Assembly: GCA_013239625.1 (NCBI GenBank)
Contig: MU056434.1
Coordinates: 682,001 to 746,000, forward strand
DNA from: Lama guanicoe
Lineage: Eukaryota
Reading direction: 5' to 3'
DNA length: 64,000 nt
Both the position numbers and the translations under genes were made by a program. Shown here piece after piece: positions 63,701-64,000 of this stretch. Numbering within the stretch: the stretch's first letter is position 1; every line of letters starts with the position of its first letter. The notes under the pieces are model-generated. The model was given only the letters and a program-made list of their open reading frames with translations. It ran no database searches and had not been told where the DNA came from.

Positions 63701-64000
63701 ATGAAGGGCGGAGGGTGAGGGGACCCATGTGGTTGTAAGCTTTCTATGTTTTACTTGCAATGGAAAAAAACAGCTCTAAGAAAACTGCAAAAGGTTAAGC
63801 AGATACAGTGTAATCCCTAGAACAACTACTAAATACATAGTATTTCACACAAGAGATACAGTCAAAAAGTCAATAGAAAATTTAAAAGGTATTTGAAAAT
63901 ATCCAGAAAACCCAAAAGAGGGCTAGAAGGAGAGGGCAGCAGACCAAAACTTCAAGAAAAAGAGAAAACAACAAAATGAGACACCAAAATAGAGCCGTAA
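60730..64000 (+). mobile_element. Cluster of old L1M fragments (3' UTR/ORF2 end at about 60.7-61.6 kb; 5'/ORF1 region at about 61.8-64 kb)
   Basis: aaatgagcaaaagccttgaacagacatttcac, aataaacacatgaaagatgtt, atagattcaagaactcaatgaa and cagatgttggaa...aaggattttaaagcagct; abrupt drop in GC; no intact ORF. Confidence 0.85.
63501..63615 (+). mobile_element. 5'-truncated tRNA-derived SINE, resembling the camelid Vic-1 family, inserted in L1
   Basis: gtgcttagcatgcacaaggtcctg-(degenerate B box)-caatccccag...cctaattacctcccc followed by an A tail. Confidence 0.65.

Noticed and set aside
57000-64000. RTL10 (C22orf29) and the GNB1L promoter
   Set aside because: No gag-like ORF or promoter CpG island visible; presumably beyond the window end.

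Overview
Mammalian, very GC-rich genomic DNA from the region syntenic to the human 22q11.2 (DiGeorge) interval. A truncated SINE near 63.5 kb suggests a camelid, with moderate confidence. The window holds the T-box gene TBX1 on the + strand: a non-coding first exon near 18.6 kb and seven coding exons from 21426 to 27859, with two GC-rich coding stretches lost in N gaps. It also holds the six coding exons of the WD40 gene GNB1L on the - strand (56962 down to 39424, 325 aa); its promoter and 5' non-coding exons appear to lie beyond the right edge. The remainder is CpG islands, candidate enhancers, old L1/MIR/MER20 fragments and four assembly gaps. Almost all ORFs in the supplied track are GC-driven noise. 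This is a well-studied locus and I see no wholly new biological system. Best leads: (1) an in-frame 50-aa N-terminal extension of TBX1 carrying an eh1 (Groucho/TLE-binding) motif whose codons double as the exon-2 splice acceptor; (2) a compact 3'UTR module with three UGUANAUA elements, miR-144/451/139/96 seed matches and a non-canonical poly(A) signal; (3) an apparent frameshift in the last TBX1 exon, probably an assembly artefact; (4) several AT-rich, motif-dense islands around TBX1 and inside GNB1L introns. Comparisons with human or mouse sequence are from memory, not from a search.
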